A stretch of 64,000 bases of DNA. Source: the human T2T-CHM13v2.0 reference genome, Homo sapiens. The translations under genes were made by a program, and so were the position numbers. The notes beneath the pieces were generated by a model. That model did not search any database, was not told the DNA's origin, and saw nothing but the letters and a program-made list of their open reading frames with translations. Positions 60,944 to 64,000 of the stretch are shown here, in pieces; within the stretch, counting starts at the first letter, position 1; every line of letters starts with the position of its first letter. The stretch lies in NCBI RefSeq assembly GCF_009914755.1, contig NC_060934.1; one strand, given 5' to 3'.

Positions 60944-61781
60944 TAGCCAAACTCTGCAGAAGTCAAGGACGGAAGATGTGGGAGTCTGGAGGGTGTGTGG
61001 CCAAGAGACCCAGGCCTGCTGACATTTCAGACCACCCCATGCTGGTACCGAACTGCAGTGAGCTTGGCCAGGGAGCAGGGAAGAGCCAGAGGCACATCTC
61101 AGGCTTCAGCTCTCCCCAGGCAGAGTGCAGGATAGCAGGTTCCCAGCCACCTGTCACCTGGCAGCTCTGCCCTCAGCATCCCAGAGGAGAGGCACCCTCC
61201 AGTTTTCAGCAGGGCTTACCCCTGGGAACCAGTTTCTCCTGATAAAATAGCTGTGTATAGTTATGGGAAGTGGCAGGACCAAAAAGCGTCTGTACTCTCT
61301 CCAAACACTGATCAAAATCCCTCCTTGATCTAAATAAAGTGACTTAGCAAGTTCTCACTTAATTTAGAGTGTGGATTTGCATCCAATTCCACTCGTACCT
61401 GCCAAAAAGACGCTTTATGAAAGCTAAGGCGGAGTTATGAACCTCTCAGCAAACTTGTTTATAATGAAAATTACAAATCAGCAGCAATAATATAATTACG
61501 CAGTATACTGTACGAGAAGTCTTTCTAGACTGTTTAGAGATACTTTGTGTTCTATAACATGCAGCATGAATCCTGGGCTAATTGGAAACAATTGCATGGT
61601 ATATAATAACAAAATGTTTCATTGTGTTTTTCTTTTACAGAAGGGTCTGAGTATTCACCTGAGTCATTATCCTGGTTTTCTGAGTAGTGAAATTTACAAA
61701 TCATAAAAATTGAATGCTGGCCAGGTGCAGTGGCTCACGTCTGTAATCCCAGCACTTTGGGAGGCCGAGGTGGGCAAATCA

Positions 61782-62045
<264 letters not shown>

Positions 62046-62193
62046 TCACCCTGGGGTGGGCAGCCACGCAATGCAATGGAATGAGAACAACCACAGGCCC
62101 CACCCCAAGAGCAGCCCAGGGCACACCTGGGCACCCAGGGGCTCTGCTGGAGCCTTCTGAGCTGACCCAAGATAAATTCACATTAACCAGGAC

Positions 62194-62622
62194 TGTTAAA
62201 AGAAAAAAAACTTCAGCAGAATTAAAGGAGTTTAACTGAGCAATGAACGATTGGTGTATTGGGCAGCCCCCAGAATCACAGCAGATTCAGAGTGACTCCA
62301 GGGGTGCCTCATGGTCAGAACAAATTTATAGATAAAAAAAGTAAAGTGACGGGCAGAAATTGGAAATGAGGTGCAGAAACAGCTGGATTGATTACAGCTC
62401 AGCGTTTGCCTCATTTGATCACAGTTTGAGCACTCATCAGTGTATGACTGGTTAAAGTATGGCCACTGGGACTGGACAAGATTCAGCGATTGTTACAGGG
62501 GCATACTCCTAAGTTAGGTTTTCAATCTTGTCTACCTATTAAATTAGGTTGCAGTTCATCCACAAGGACTTACATATAGAAGTATGGAGTCCTTCTCAGG
62601 CCATATTTAGTTTCCTTTAATA
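62194..62622 (-). mobile_element. ERV1 solo LTR (MER57-like)
   Basis: The reverse complement begins tattaaaggaaactaaatatggcctgagaaggactcc and ends ...ttttaaca; 4-bp flanks ggac / gaac. Confidence 0.75.
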
Positions 62623-62878
62623 GAACTGAAGGAATTTCACTTTCCATAGGACACAGCATCTCAGCCCTTGAGAAGGGGAAGGACAGGGAGAATCAGAAAT
62701 TCTTGTATGCCAAGCAAATGGCCAGTGTATTAGGTGAAGAAAGTGCTGAATGAGAAGTAATGTTTCCCAAAAGATGGTTCCCAAGATCATACTAAAGGAT
62801 TCACAAAACAATATTTTTTATTTCGAATATTAATATGCTTAGTTCAATCAATAAAGGCAAGTGACAGTGGTTTTTCTA

Positions 62879-63576
<698 letters not shown>

Positions 63577-63800
63577 TAAAATTTTTAATTTTTTAAATTA
63601 AATTTAATTTAAAAAACTTCTTTAGAGACAGAGTCTTGCTCTGTTTCCTAGGCTAGAGTACAGTAGCATCATCATAGCTCTTGTTGTAGTCTAGAACTCC
63701 TGGGCCCAAGTTATCCTCCTGCCTTAGCCTCCTGAGTAGCTGGGACTATAGCCACATGCCACCATACCTGGCTAATTTTAAAAAATTTTTTTGTAGAGAC

Positions 63801-64000
63801 TATAACTGTCCATGGAGTTCTCCTTGCCCACTGCCTAGACAGAGCCAATTTATCAAGACAGGTTAATTGCAATAGAGAAAGAGTTTAATTCATGCAGAGC
63901 CAGCTACATGAAAGATTGGAGTTTTATTATTATTCAAATAAGTGTCCCTGAGAATTCAGGGATTAGAATTTTTAATAATTTGGTGGGTAGGGGACCAGTG
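63801..64000 (-). mobile_element. ERV1 LTR (LTR8-like), inserted into an AluJ and running off the window end
   Basis: ccttgcccactgcctagacagagccaatttatcaagacagg...gcaatagagaaagagt. Confidence 0.75.

Overview
This is primate, very likely human, genomic DNA. It holds the last intron, terminal coding exon and 3' UTR of adenosine kinase (ADK; + strand, CDS 1796-1920), followed by about 61 kb of repeat-dense intergenic sequence. That sequence contains dozens of Alus, nested L1s (one ancient, near full-length, with tandem 5' UTR monomers), a complete MST-type MaLR provirus with an intact 5-bp target-site duplication (TSD), solo LTRs, DNA transposons, MIR/L2/L3 relics and a FAM32A processed pseudogene. 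Almost all ORFs in the track are Alu, L1 or low-complexity artefacts. I found no evidence of a new gene system. The most unusual signal is a set of template-switch or fold-back repair scars. One is a 34-bp unique flank, with its adjoining Alu junction, copied in inverted orientation from about 45 kb downstream into the ADK last intron. The others are a perfect 20-bp-stem hairpin, a fold-back inside an Alu, and a templated insertion inside an LTR. Repeat subfamily names come from recalled consensus sequences, not a database search, and their boundaries are approximate unless a TSD is quoted. Only selected Alus are listed individually.
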